DNA of 64,000 nt from Nitrososphaerota archaeon (GTDB lineage: Archaea > Thermoproteota > Nitrososphaeria_A > Caldarchaeales > Caldarchaeaceae), in the NCBI GenBank assembly GCA_041641305.1, contig JBEPYN010000002.1, positions 32,001 through 96,000 on the forward strand, read 5' to 3'. Shown here piece by piece: positions 29,749 to 39,389 of this stretch. The notes under the pieces were generated by a model that made no database searches, had not been told where the DNA came from, and saw nothing but the letters and a program-made list of their open reading frames with translations. The number at the start of each line of letters is the position of its first letter. Positions within the stretch are counted from its first letter, which is position 1. The position numbers were made by a program, and so were the translations under genes.

Positions 29749-31196
29749 ATCGTTTCTACGTCGTGTGGATGGCTTTCCCTAAGCCCAGCCTCGGTCATGC
29801 GAATGAAGACGGCGTTGCGCTGCAGCTCCTTTATGTTTGACGCGCCGAGGTAGCTGAGGCCCGAGCGAAGCCCTGCCGCCAGCTGCTTGACGACGTCGGA
29901 TGCCGAGCCTTTGTAGGGTACATATGCTTCTACACCTTCTGCTATGAAGCTGTACTCGGACGCGTCTTGTAGAAAGTCTTCATCACCTGTTCTGCTCTCT
30001 TTTGCGAGCATGGCGTAGAACGAGGCCATGCCCCGGTAAACCTTCATCTTCCTCCCGTTTTTGACAACCACGGCGCCCGGGCTCTCATCCGTCCCAGCCA
30101 AAAGCCTGCCCACCATGGCCGTGGAAGCCCCTGCCGCAAGGGCTTTGACAAGGTCTGCGCTCGACCGTATCCCGCCATCAGCAATTATCGGGACATCCAT
30201 CGCCTCAGCGGCCTCCGCACAATCCATAATAGCCGTCAGCTGCGGCACACCAACGCCTGCGACGATTCGTGTGGTGCAAACCGAGCCAGGGCCCACGCCG
30301 ACTTTCACAGCGGAGGCGCCTGCGGAGGCCAGGTCCTCGACCCCCTCGGCTGTGGCCACGTTACCCGCCACAAGCTCGAAATCATCGCCAAAAGAGCGGC
30401 GGAGCCTTTTGATGAGGTTGATGACCATGTCCGTGTGTCCATGCGCGACATCTATCACGAGGCAGTCAGCCCCCGCCGCGAGAAGAGCCTCCGCACGATC
30501 AACCGCCTCCTCCCTCACACCAATAGCCGCCGCGGCCATCAATCTTCCACGCGAATCCCTCATCGCGTTAGGATGCATCAGCTTCTTGACTATGTCAGCG
30601 CTTGTGATGAGGCCTCTGATGTTCCACTCCGAGTCGACAAGCGGCAGCTTCTCAACCTTATACTTCATAAAAATCTGTTTCGCCTCCTCGAGGGAGATGT
30701 CGGGCGGAGCCGTGACGAGCTTTTCACGCGGCGTCATGTACTCGGCTACTTTTGCCTCGCGGGGTGCGAAAAGGATGTCGCGTCTCGAGAGTATGCCGAC
30801 GAGTTTCCGCGACGGTGTTGACACTAGGAGGCCGCTTACGTTCTTCCTCTTCATCAGGGCCTCTGCCTCAGCTATCGATGCGTCGGGGTCGATGGTGTAG
30901 GGTTCTTCGACGGCGATGTTTTCGGCGCGTTTCACGAGCTTCACCTGCTCAACCTGCTGCTCGATGGTGTTGAACCGATGGATGACGCCGATGCCGCCTT
31001 CACGGGCCATCGCGATAGCCATCTCAGCCTCCGTCACAGTATCCATCGCAGCAGAGACAATAGGCACGTCCAGCTCAATCCTCCGCGTAAAACGGCTCCG
31101 CGTAGAAACCTCTCTACGAGACCTTATTGAGGAGCGGCGGGGCAGAAGCAGGACGTCGTCGAAGGTTAAACCAATTTTCTCCAAAACCTTAGCCAA
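29745..31196 (-). CDS. guaB: IMP dehydrogenase with CBS domains
   Basis: [35 protein letters not shown]. Confidence 0.97.
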   Translation of the reverse strand: MAKVLEKIGLTFDDVLLLPRRSSIRSRREVSTRSRFTRRIELDVPIVSAAMDTVTEAEMAIAMAREGGIGVIHRFNTIEQQVEQVKLVKRAENIAVEEPYTIDPDASIAEAEALMKRKNVSGLLVSTPSRKLVGILSRRDILFAPREAKVAEYMTPREKLVTAPPDISLEEAKQIFMKYKVEKLPLVDSEWNIRGLITSADIVKKLMHPNAMRDSRGRLMAAAAIGVREEAVDRAEALLAAGADCLVIDVAHGHTDMVINLIKRLRRSFGDDFELVAGNVATAEGVEDLASAGASAVKVGVGPGSVCTTRIVAGVGVPQLTAIMDCAEAAEAMDVPIIADGGIRSSADLVKALAAGASTAMVGRLLAGTDESPGAVVVKNGRKMKVYRGMASFYAMLAKESRTGDEDFLQDASEYSFIAEGVEAYVPYKGSASDVVKQLAAGLRSGLSYLGASNIKELQRNAVFIRMTEAGLRESHPHDVETI

Positions 31197-31237
31197 TAAA
31201 TCCCTTGGAAAACAATTCGAGGACAGCTATTTAGATG

Positions 31238-31903
31238 TTAAGTTTTTCTCCGGCTTTTCTGCATAAGTTTTTCGAAGGCTTCCTCGAAGCTCATGCCCTC
31301 GGGCAGCACTATGTGCTGGAAAACACCTGTGTGGCCTTTCTCTCTTCTTTTGAGGAGAACCTTCATTCTTGAGGTGAGGATGTCGGGGTTTATGCCGAGG
31401 GTTTTGACGGCTTCTTCAAAGCTGTGTTTCAAGGGTTTCTCGACATGGCCTTCGGGTGTGGGGATTATCAGGTGAAGGGATTTGTTTATTCCTGGTTTTC
31501 TCACATCGCGCCGCAGCTCCTCAAGCGTTAAGCATCCCGCGAGGGTGTAGAACCCTTCTTCGTCGCGGTTGAGCGACACCATGGGCGCTGAGACGGTGTC
31601 TCTCTCGTTGAGGTAGAGATAGGCTTTGGGAGCGTAGTAGGGTGTTGCTTGGACAAGCTCTCGCTTATGGATTGGTTGGAGAAGCGATAACACATACTCC
31701 AGCTTATACATGGGGACGGGGAGGGGGATGAAGATGTCGAGGTCGCTTGTGGATGTTACGTCGCCGCGGGCCACGCTACCGTAGACAATCGAGTCGAAGC
31801 CATGCTGTGCGAGATGCGTCATCACCTCGAGGGCCCTGCTCCTCAATCTCCGAAGCAGGCTCCACGTCTCGTCGCCGTAGACGACAACCCTCAACCCATG
31901 CAT
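31238..31903 (-). CDS. Predicted nucleotidyltransferase (COG2413-like)
   Basis: GSVARGDV...SDLDI, QATP...PK, R.PGI.K.L, G.TGVF. Confidence 0.8.
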   Translation of the reverse strand: MHGLRVVVYGDETWSLLRRLRSRALEVMTHLAQHGFDSIVYGSVARGDVTSTSDLDIFIPLPVPMYKLEYVLSLLQPIHKRELVQATPYYAPKAYLYLNERDTVSAPMVSLNRDEEGFYTLAGCLTLEELRRDVRKPGINKSLHLIIPTPEGHVEKPLKHSFEEAVKTLGINPDILTSRMKVLLKRREKGHTGVFQHIVLPEGMSFEEAFEKLMQKSRRKT

Positions 31904-31948
31904 GTGATGCGATGCAGCTTTTTATGGTTGCAAGAAACATTTCTGAAC

Positions 31949-32479
31949 GTGGCCTACCTCGACTACGACACGCTTAGCGAAGGCTACGACGAGCTCTATG
32001 GAGAGGAGCAGCGGGCCAAGCATCTGCATGCGGTTAACAGAGTCGGGGAGACTGTTGAGAGGATTTGCGACGCGGGATGTGGCACGGCCCTGCTTCTCGA
32101 AACAATCCGCGCTAAGCTGGGGCCTGTCGAGTATGTGGGGATTGATACAGCGGCTAACATGCTTGCAAAAGCCGCCTCGAGAGCAGACGCCTACACACAC
32201 CTCGTTCAGGCAGACGCCCAGCACATGCCATTCCGCGAAAAAGCCTTCAGCCACCTCTTCTGCCTAACCGTCATCCACCACCTCAACCCCCAGCAATTCA
32301 TCCAAGAAGCACAACGCACAACAACAACCAAAATAATCATAAGCCAACACAAACGCTTAAGCCCAAGACTAACAGACATCCATGTTGAAGAAAGTGAAAC
32401 AGCGGACGAAATCATCACCATACCTGTCTTTCTTTGGGAAGATTCAGGAGGCGTTGGCGAGGATAGCTTATCCCGATGA
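31949..32479 (+). CDS. Class I SAM-dependent methyltransferase
   Basis: YDELYGEEQ..K, DAGCGT, VGID, ADA..MPF; start set at GTG 31949. Confidence 0.8.
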   Translation: MAYLDYDTLSEGYDELYGEEQRAKHLHAVNRVGETVERICDAGCGTALLLETIRAKLGPVEYVGIDTAANMLAKAASRADAYTHLVQADAQHMPFREKAFSHLFCLTVIHHLNPQQFIQEAQRTTTTKIIISQHKRLSPRLTDIHVEESETADEIITIPVFLWEDSGGVGEDSLSR

Positions 32480-33026
32480 GGATAGGCTTGGAGTTGTTGA
32501 CCGTATCTGCGGTGTTGACGCAGCTTATAGACGGGGACGTGTCGCGGCTGCGGCGGTTGTTTACAGCGTTTCCGAAAAGCGTGTGTTGGAGGAGGTTGTT
32601 GAGCTTATAGGTGGTAGGACGACGCCGTATATTCCCGGGTTTCTGGTGCTGCGGGAGGGCCCCGCTATGCTGCAGGCTCTGCAACGATTGACAGGTGATT
32701 ATGATGTATTGGTTGTTGATGGTCATGGACGTGCTCATCCACGTCGCTGCGGCCTCGCCACGTTGCTCGGGTTCGTCGTAGGGAAGCCATCCATCGGAGT
32801 GGCGAAATCCATTCTGACAGGCACACGGCAGTCATCAAACAACCATGACAAAATAGTGGAGAACAACGAGGTGATCGGCCTCGCCAAAGGAAAAACGGTC
32901 TACAGCCAGGGATACGGTGTATCCACCAACGACCTCCACAAAGTCTTCAACTTGTTTGGCGGAGCTTATCCTGAGCCGCTCAGGGTTGCGGACAGGCTTT
33001 CACGAGAGGCTGTCAAGAAACTGTGA
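32382..33026 (+). CDS. nfi: Endonuclease V
   Basis: GVDAAY, PYIPGFL..RE, VDGHG.AHPR..GLA, IGVAK, PEPLR.AD. Confidence 0.92.
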   Translation: MLKKVKQRTKSSPYLSFFGKIQEALARIAYPDEDRLGVVDRICGVDAAYRRGRVAAAAVVYSVSEKRVLEEVVELIGGRTTPYIPGFLVLREGPAMLQALQRLTGDYDVLVVDGHGRAHPRRCGLATLLGFVVGKPSIGVAKSILTGTRQSSNNHDKIVENNEVIGLAKGKTVYSQGYGVSTNDLHKVFNLFGGAYPEPLRVADRLSREAVKKL

Positions 33027-34268
33027 AAGAGCCTCGTCTTTTCCGAGGATTTCAGCTACTTCGTCGAAGGGTATTGTGGGTTTTATGCGACGTGTTCTAC
33101 CGTGTCTCCCGTAGCTGATGAGGTCGCATGCCACTATTCCTAGCATGTCTAGCTCTGAGACAAGTGTGCTCACCCGTCTGTCGGTGAGTGGGTCAAGTCC
33201 AAGCGAGGCGCAGTATTCGCGGTAGGTGTTGTAGAGTGTTCCGGATGTGGTGTCGGAGCCTTTGCGCGAGAGGGTGTAGACAGCGAGCAGGACGAGACGG
33301 CTGTGTAGAGGAAGCGACGATATCACCTCCTTTACACGGCCCTTCTCTATCAAGCTCTGGGCCCTTCTAACATGCTGCTCCTCAATCCTCTCTGCACTCT
33401 CTCTCTCCGCAACCTCAGCCGAAACACGTAGCAGGTCGATGGCCCTCCGGGCGTCACCATGCTCAGCAGCGGCCAAAGCAGCGCAAAGCCTGATAACATC
33501 TTCACCGACCGCCCCGGGCCTCAGCGCTGCACGGGCCCTTTCCCGTAAAATGTCGGCCAACTCGGTGGCTGTGTATGGCTGGAAAACAACCTCCTCCTCG
33601 CTGAGGCTGCTCAAAACACGTGGGTCAAGCTGCTCCTTAAACAACAGGTCGTTCGAGATGCCGACGAGCGAGACCCAGCCAGAGCCTATGCTTGAGCGCG
33701 TCAACTCATAGAGGAGATCATCGCCGAAGGCCTTGACCAAGGCGTCGACCTCGTCGAGACAAACAACGAAAGAGCTACCAAGCCTCGAGGCACCCATCTG
33801 AAAACGGCGGAAAAGCTCACCCTTAGAAACACCCGTAAACGGGACAGAAACACCCGCTGCCGCACACAGCTCCGACAAAACCCGATACTCCGTCCCTGCG
33901 AGACGACAATTTACATAGACAAACCTAATGCCAAACCCCTTCTCAGCCACAGCATCCGACAACCTGTTGAAAACATACCTAGTGACAGCTGTTTTGCCCG
34001 TGCCCGTTTTGCCGTAGATGAAGAGATTGGAGGGTTTCACGGGCCTTAAGACAGTGGCCAAAACGTTGCCCACCGCTTTGATGTGCTCTGTCCTATGCGG
34101 AAGAGCGTTAGGCACATAATCCGACCTCAAGTATTCATGGTTTACTATGAGAGGAGACCTGTGACTTGAGTATCTGGTAATGATGTCTCCGAGCGGATCC
34201 TCTCCACCCCTTTGCTTCTCGTGAATGGCTATGCTTCTGTTAGATAGTTTTTGTTTATCTGTAGTCAT
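33000..34268 (-). CDS. cdc6: Orc1/Cdc6 replication initiator
   Basis: YVP..LPHR, GKTGTGKT, LDEVD.L, LDPRV.SSL, HGDARRAIDLLR, wHTH G.HGRTR. Confidence 0.96.
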   Translation of the reverse strand: MTTDKQKLSNRSIAIHEKQRGGEDPLGDIITRYSSHRSPLIVNHEYLRSDYVPNALPHRTEHIKAVGNVLATVLRPVKPSNLFIYGKTGTGKTAVTRYVFNRLSDAVAEKGFGIRFVYVNCRLAGTEYRVLSELCAAAGVSVPFTGVSKGELFRRFQMGASRLGSSFVVCLDEVDALVKAFGDDLLYELTRSSIGSGWVSLVGISNDLLFKEQLDPRVLSSLSEEEVVFQPYTATELADILRERARAALRPGAVGEDVIRLCAALAAAEHGDARRAIDLLRVSAEVAERESAERIEEQHVRRAQSLIEKGRVKEVISSLPLHSRLVLLAVYTLSRKGSDTTSGTLYNTYREYCASLGLDPLTDRRVSTLVSELDMLGIVACDLISYGRHGRTRRIKPTIPFDEVAEILGKDEALSQFLDSLS

Positions 34269-34391
34269 GGCTATGCTCCATCAGTTTGTTGTGTGATGGT
34301 GATTTAGAGGAAAAAGTAAAATCTTTTGTATCTTTTACACTATTTTTCCTGGGAAACCTGTAACCAAGCCAATTAACCAGCGATGAAGCCC

Positions 34392-34412
34392 TTCCATAGG
34401 AAAACAAGGGGT
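34392..34412 (+). promoter_or_regulatory. Origin recognition box (ORB1)
   Basis: TTCCATAGGAAAACAAGGGGT matches the ORB pattern (TTCCA..GGAAA + G-string), upstream of cdc6. Confidence 0.85.
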
Positions 34413-34561
34413 CTCCCTCAACTCCAATTCTCCGCGGACACTACTCAGATGTTCACAAAAGCGAAATTAACGGTGAAGATAGGTTGTAAAACCTCGTCTA
34501 AACAGATTTTCAAGCCTGTTTTCCTTCATTTGGGGATGTTCACATGTCGCGGTGTTGGTGA

Positions 34562-34582
34562 ACCCCTCCATTTCCTATGGAA
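34562..34582 (-). promoter_or_regulatory. Origin recognition box (ORB2), inverted relative to ORB1
   Basis: Reverse complement TTCCATAGGAAATGGAGGGGT, first 12 nt identical to ORB1. Confidence 0.85.
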
Positions 34583-34857
34583 ACCGCAAAAACAGCTCAA
34601 CACGGGCCGCACCCCTTTCACAAGCTGATAACATGATGTGAACGTGTGGTCGCCGCGGATAGACAGAAGCATTACCTAAAGAGCTTCCATCTTGCTCATA
34701 TGCCAGTAAACAATTTCCCATATGTAGATTTTTGCTCATTTTTTGATAATTCTGAATGGCCAAAAAACTACCATCAACCTTTCACATATTCTTTAAACAA
34801 TACTCTAAAATATGTTAGCGTTTTACCTCTAGATGTTTCATGGTATTTGTTTGCTGG

Positions 34858-35217
34858 CTACTGTTTTCGAAAGGTTTCACCGAGCTTTCTGCTTTCGTGA
34901 AACAGTTTGACGAGGCTTGTTAGTGTTTCTGAGAGCTGTTTTATCTCCTCGGGCTCCGTTGTTTGCTGCAGCAAGGCTGTCAAGGCGTCGAGCTTGGCTA
35001 CGATGGCGTTTTCCAGCTGCGTGAGAACAAGAGGTGTAGAAGCCACGTAAACCTCCGACTCCTCGCGAACCCTGACCACGGGCTTATCGCACCGCAGACA
35101 CCGCATCTCTCCACCTATTTCGAAAAGTGGGCTACTGCAGACAGGGCAAACCTCCGAAAGCATCTTAGCCCCGGAGCGAAGAGCGTCGGACATTCGCTTG
35201 ATGTAGTCGGAGGACAT
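34858..35217 (-). CDS. UPF0148 / SSSCA1-like Zn-ribbon protein
   Basis: M...LRSGAKML...CP.C.SPLF.......C..C. Confidence 0.85.
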   Translation of the reverse strand: MSSDYIKRMSDALRSGAKMLSEVCPVCSSPLFEIGGEMRCLRCDKPVVRVREESEVYVASTPLVLTQLENAIVAKLDALTALLQQTTEPEEIKQLSETLTSLVKLFHESRKLGETFRKQ

Positions 35218-35241
35218 CTGCTATTGCTGAGGCGAGACCGT

Positions 35242-35643
35242 TTAAAAGGGTTTTCTCCCCTGTTTCACAATTTTGCTAACGCTTCGTGTTTCTTTGTCGA
35301 AATCAAACCTGCCATGCGGCACGAGGCCTCCGCTGAAAGATTTGGGAATGTGGAGAAGCTCGTGGATAATCACTTCATCCTGAGCCTCAGGCGGCAGCCT
35401 GTCGAAAACCTCCGCAATAAACTCGATTACATAGCAGGGTCTCATCCCGAAGCCGGTGAGAAAAGCTTTACTGACAGAGTGTATCCTTGCTGCAGTAGAC
35501 CGCGAAACAGAGCCATAGCTCCTTACACACCTCACCCTCTCAACATCAACATGATGCAACCCCGCACGCTCAACCAACCTCCTAACACGCTCCTCCAGAT
35601 CAAGGGCCCTCCTATAGCTAATCAACCACCAAAAAGAAAACAA
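35242..35643 (-). CDS. Putative metallopeptidase (HExxH)
   Basis: RS.GS....ARIH, Y.IE, IHELLHIP..F.GGL..H. Confidence 0.8.
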   Translation of the reverse strand: MFSFWWLISYRRALDLEERVRRLVERAGLHHVDVERVRCVRSYGSVSRSTAARIHSVSKAFLTGFGMRPCYVIEFIAEVFDRLPPEAQDEVIIHELLHIPKSFSGGLVPHGRFDFDKETRSVSKIVKQGRKPF

Positions 35644-35747
35644 CCCGGATAATTAAAACTACGCGAAACACAGGCTCATACAACCAGCCGAAATCACGTG
35701 GAATTCATGGTTAAATAATGCACTGGACATCGCAAAACGAAGCACCT

Positions 35748-36059
35748 ATGATGAGGAAGGGTTTGCTGGTACTTCCGCTGGCGCTGCTTCTCGGTCTTCT
35801 GGCTCTTGGTTCTGCGTCTGCGGCTGAGGCGGGCGCGGCCTTGAGCGACGTCGGTCAAAAGACCTTCGCCGCAGCCATCGCGTTCGCAGCCGCTGTAGCT
35901 TCTTCGGGTTTCGGTTTGGCTCGAGCTGGTTCAGCGGGTTTAGCCGCCACCGCTGAGAGACCTGAGGTGAGGACGACGGCTATCATTATCTCTGCTTTCG
36001 CAGAAGCTTTGGGCATCTATGGCATCGTTGTCGCGTTCTTCATACTGGGGGCAAGCTGA
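35748..36059 (+). CDS. atpK: A/V-type ATP synthase proteolipid subunit K (c)
   Basis: G.A...A.AERPE, AFAEALGIYG..VA with conserved Glu; N-terminal signal-like extension. Confidence 0.9.
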   Translation: MMRKGLLVLPLALLLGLLALGSASAAEAGAALSDVGQKTFAAAIAFAAAVASSGFGLARAGSAGLAATAERPEVRTTAIIISAFAEALGIYGIVVAFFILGAS

Positions 36060-36945
36060 CATAGCTGATTAAATGGGATAGGTAGAAGTAGGCCAGCGCA
36101 ACCCCCATAGAGGTCTGCCACCTCATTTTTTTCGCATAAGCAACAGCAGCGCTAATTAGAAATATCGACATCGTCTGAGATAATACGACAAGTGTATCTC
36201 GCACAAATATGTTGCCTAGGATAGATGTCTGCATAACTCTGTCGACAACTGAGAGGCCTGGAACAAGCCCCATCGGCAGCAGAGCCACCGAGAAGGATGA
36301 GAGAAGCTTTCCCGCCTCTACGAGAGATGTTCTCATCCGTGAGTTCTGAATCTGTTTAAGCGCCGACGACGGTGAGCGGAACCTTCCCGAAAACAGGTAG
36401 CTGAAGACTGTGAGAACGAGGAATCCGGTGAGATATGTGAAGCCTAGAGATAACGCGAAGCTGAAGTGGTTCACGGGAACTGTCTGCCTAATGTTGAGCA
36501 TGAACAACTCATGTCGTCCAGCGAGCGCAACGAAGACGAGGACAAAGAGAGACAAGGGCCCCAGCACCGAGGCCACGACCTTGCTCTCATAAATCGGGGA
36601 GAAAAGCCACATGGGGAAGAACACGGAAGAGACGAGTTCAGCTGTCTTAGACAGTTTTGGAGCAGCCTCTGAGTCGTTTTTCGCTGTGAGAACCCTGTAT
36701 ATCCTGAGCCCATCCTCCGTAAGCATATAGTTCTTCTTATCATCCTGTGCGATGAGCTGACTCATCTGCCGCAGGTTGTAGTAGAGCGAGCCCGTGCTTA
36801 TTCCGAGCTTCTGCTTTAAAGCCGTCGCACCTATCCTCCCCTCCTCACCGACTGCGAGAATAATCGCTTTCCGCACCTTGTGACGCACCAGCCATAGAAG
36901 CTCCTCGTCAGACATCTTCGACGGTGGAGCCTCGAAATCGCTCAT
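36040..36945 (-). CDS. wHTH plus multi-TM membrane protein
   Basis: H.VR..II, LGISTGSLYY.L, Y.LTE.G, then TM helices. Confidence 0.7.
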   Translation of the reverse strand: MSDFEAPPSKMSDEELLWLVRHKVRKAIILAVGEEGRIGATALKQKLGISTGSLYYNLRQMSQLIAQDDKKNYMLTEDGLRIYRVLTAKNDSEAAPKLSKTAELVSSVFFPMWLFSPIYESKVVASVLGPLSLFVLVFVALAGRHELFMLNIRQTVPVNHFSFALSLGFTYLTGFLVLTVFSYLFSGRFRSPSSALKQIQNSRMRTSLVEAGKLLSSFSVALLPMGLVPGLSVVDRVMQTSILGNIFVRDTLVVLSQTMSIFLISAAVAYAKKMRWQTSMGVALAYFYLSHLISYVSLPPV

Positions 36946-37111
36946 GTCAATCAGACCCAGAGCCCCAAACAAACCATTCCCGACAATATATTAACGTAAA
37001 GACACCCTGTTAACAGCCCAGGAAATCACGGCCGTTGACGGGGGTTATACGGTATGTTTAGAGCATGGTTCTGGTTTTTGTAAATGTTTTTCGACAGTTT
37101 TCGAGCGGCTT

Positions 37112-37588
37112 TTACGATATCATCCAGACAACAATTTTTCCGTCATGTGTTAGGGCGTATGTTTTCAAGGGTTCTGTCTTCACGCCGCCCATGCCCGGCG
37201 CGCCGGGAGGCATCCCCGGCACAGCTATTCCTCTATGCAGCGGCTTCTCCTCGACCAGTTTTTTCAAGGCCTCGACGGGTACGTGGCCCTCGACGAAGTA
37301 TTGTCCAGCTGATGCTGTGTGGCAGCTGTATAGCTCACGAGGCACGCCGAGCCTCTTCCTAGTATTCTCCAGTTCACCGATGCTTACCACCTTTGTGCTG
37401 AAGGTTATCTGGCTGTTCCTGAGATATGCTTCGTATTCTTTGCAGCATGGGCACTGCGCGGTCCTGTAGACAATCAACTCTACATTCTCCCGGGTGGTGG
37501 ATGAGTTAACTGTCCAGTTGTTGACAATTATGGTTAACGTGATTGCGGCCGCGGCTAAAACTGTCAGGGCGATGATTTTGTTTCTCAT
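37112..37588 (-). CDS. DUF411 family metal-binding protein
   Basis: C.CC..Y, SCHT, VEGHVP, GIAVPGMP.G.PGM. Confidence 0.9.
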   Translation of the reverse strand: MRNKIIALTVLAAAAITLTIIVNNWTVNSSTTRENVELIVYRTAQCPCCKEYEAYLRNSQITFSTKVVSIGELENTRKRLGVPRELYSCHTASAGQYFVEGHVPVEALKKLVEEKPLHRGIAVPGMPPGAPGMGGVKTEPLKTYALTHDGKIVVWMIS

Positions 37589-37589
37589 T

Positions 37590-37982
37590 TTAGGCAGCTC
37601 TCCATGTTAGTGCGAGTATCCCGCCGACTATGCCGAGGATGGCTCCGATGAGGAAACCGCCCATTCCGAAGAGACTGACCACAGAGAAGACAAGTATGAG
37701 GGTACCCCATGTCTTTGCCTCGGATGGACGGTTCTGAAGCATCATGGCGCTTGCGATGATGACTATTCCTGAGACGAGGCCGAGTACGGAGAAGGCCGAG
37801 AACCACATGGGCAGCCACCATCCCATCATCATGGGGCCCATCATGCCCCAGCCGCCGCCCCAGTAAGACATACCGCCCCAAGCCATCCACGCAACCATTC
37901 CCATCAATCCTCCGACCAGAATCAGGACACCCGCCACAAGCGAGACAGCGAAAGCTGCCGCGGGCCTCGAGGCATCTGACAT
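37590..37982 (-). CDS. Met/Gly-rich membrane protein
   Basis: Four TM helices, GMMGPMMMG, GGF.IG.ILG..GG.LAL. Confidence 0.6.
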   Translation of the reverse strand: MSDASRPAAAFAVSLVAGVLILVGGLMGMVAWMAWGGMSYWGGGWGMMGPMMMGWWLPMWFSAFSVLGLVSGIVIIASAMMLQNRPSEAKTWGTLILVFSVVSLFGMGGFLIGAILGIVGGILALTWRAA

Positions 37983-37983
37983 T

Positions 37984-38700
37984 TTACTCCTCCTCCATGT
38001 CTATCTCTTGTATAAACTGGCCGTGCCAGCTATGGTACCAGACCTGTCCCGTGAACCCGTTTACGCTCAGCATCCCATGTATTTTGTCGTCGAGTCTGTA
38101 GTCCATGGTGTAGTAGCCGTAGAACTTTGTAGGATGCTCAACCTCTAGATCTGCTCTGAACCTGTTTCTCAGGTAGTTGAGGGCTATCTCCTCGGCTTGT
38201 TCCTGTGTTATGGGCATGTCTGCGGTTGGCTGGATGTATGGCCCCATCATGCCATTATGCATTCCGTATTTTGTGTTCCACATCATGTTGGGGCCCGGCT
38301 CCGGATGGACTGCGCCCGTGTAGGGGTTTACGAGAAGCTCGAAAGCACCCCGCCCTGTGTCCGCCTCCACGACGATGGCGTAGAAGTTTTGCTGAAACTC
38401 CATCACCTCCTTCAGCCTAAAACCCTGACCAAGGCCGTTGACATACCTCTCCAGAATCTCCTGAGCCTCCTGCAACGTAATCCTCTGGCCCGTCGACTGT
38501 GGCGCACCTCCGTACCAGCCTGTGCATGGGCATCCACCCATCATTCCACCATGCATCCCGCCCCCATACATGTAGCTGTTAGGAGACTGTAGCCAAAACA
38601 TGGCCGGGGGCTGCTGCATAAATGGCCACGCGTAGGCAGCCACTAAGGCGGCTAACGCAGCTGAAGCCAGCAAACCTGCTGTCAAGACAACGTTTCTCAT
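37984..38700 (-). CDS. PepSY-like secreted protein, Met/Gly-rich
   Basis: EVMEF..NFY, AFELLV.P.TG...PEPGPNMMWNTKYG, FYGYYT, MLSVNG.TG.VWYH.WHG. Confidence 0.75.
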   Translation of the reverse strand: MRNVVLTAGLLASAALAALVAAYAWPFMQQPPAMFWLQSPNSYMYGGGMHGGMMGGCPCTGWYGGAPQSTGQRITLQEAQEILERYVNGLGQGFRLKEVMEFQQNFYAIVVEADTGRGAFELLVNPYTGAVHPEPGPNMMWNTKYGMHNGMMGPYIQPTADMPITQEQAEEIALNYLRNRFRADLEVEHPTKFYGYYTMDYRLDDKIHGMLSVNGFTGQVWYHSWHGQFIQEIDMEEE

Positions 38701-38737
38701 GTCCAGAAATATCTCAGGGACGGCGATAAAATTATCT

Positions 38738-38764
38738 TGAAACAGTCGTGAAACGGTTTGAAAC
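38738..38764. promoter_or_regulatory. Three TGAAAC direct repeats (putative operator)
   Basis: TGAAAC at 38738, 38749 and 38759 between divergent genes. Confidence 0.45.
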
Positions 38765-38798
38765 ACTTAAAGCATGGGGGCTCCTTTCTTGGGGTGGA

Positions 38799-39248
38799 TT
38801 GGTTTTCAGCCGTGTTTTGTTGGTTTTCTCGGCGGCGGCTGGGGCCCTGCTCCTGACAGTTGTGCTGGTGAGTGTTTGGCAGCATGATGCGGCCATGGGT
38901 GGGATGATGCGAGAGATGATGGGGGTGTCTATGTGGGGTATGATGTGGTGGGTTTATCTGCCGCTGTTGGTTGCGGCGCTGCTTCTCATCGCGCTGCCTG
39001 TTGCGCTGTATCTGTCGGCCAGAGACGTGCCCGTGGTGGCTGGCCTCACCGCGGAGGAGAGGGCTGTGGTTGATTTGCTGAGACGCAGCAACGGCGTCGT
39101 CGAGCAGAGAGAGATAGCACGGGCCCTCGGAATTTCACGCATCAAGACCCACCGCATCGTCGCATCACTCCGCCGAAGAGAAGTTGTAGAAGTAACCCGC
39201 CGTGGCAGAACAAACCTCGTCAAGCTGAAAGCCTCTCCACAACCCTAA
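38799..39248 (+). CDS. Membrane-anchored HTH transcriptional regulator
   Basis: Two TMs with Met-rich loop, then LT.EER.VV, Q.EI....G.SR.K.HR, GRTN.V. Confidence 0.75.
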   Translation: MVFSRVLLVFSAAAGALLLTVVLVSVWQHDAAMGGMMREMMGVSMWGMMWWVYLPLLVAALLLIALPVALYLSARDVPVVAGLTAEERAVVDLLRRSNGVVEQREIARALGISRIKTHRIVASLRRREVVEVTRRGRTNLVKLKASPQP

Positions 39249-39389
39249 CCCTCTCAATCAACATCCCAAACCTCTAACATCAACCCAAGAATGCACCGTG
39301 TCGTCTCATTTGAAACGTTCTCTCATCCTCTTGCATGTGACTGTGGTTGGGTAGGGTTTTTTATCGACGCGGGTGGATGAGGCGGTGGA

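Larger units (their letters stand above)
34269..34857. other. Putative chromosomal replication origin (oriC)
   Basis: ~590-bp relatively AT-rich intergenic region next to cdc6 with an inverted ORB pair. Confidence 0.75.

Noticed and set aside
34383-34900. Small ORFs in the cdc6 upstream region
   Set aside because: No motifs; the region is better explained as oriC.
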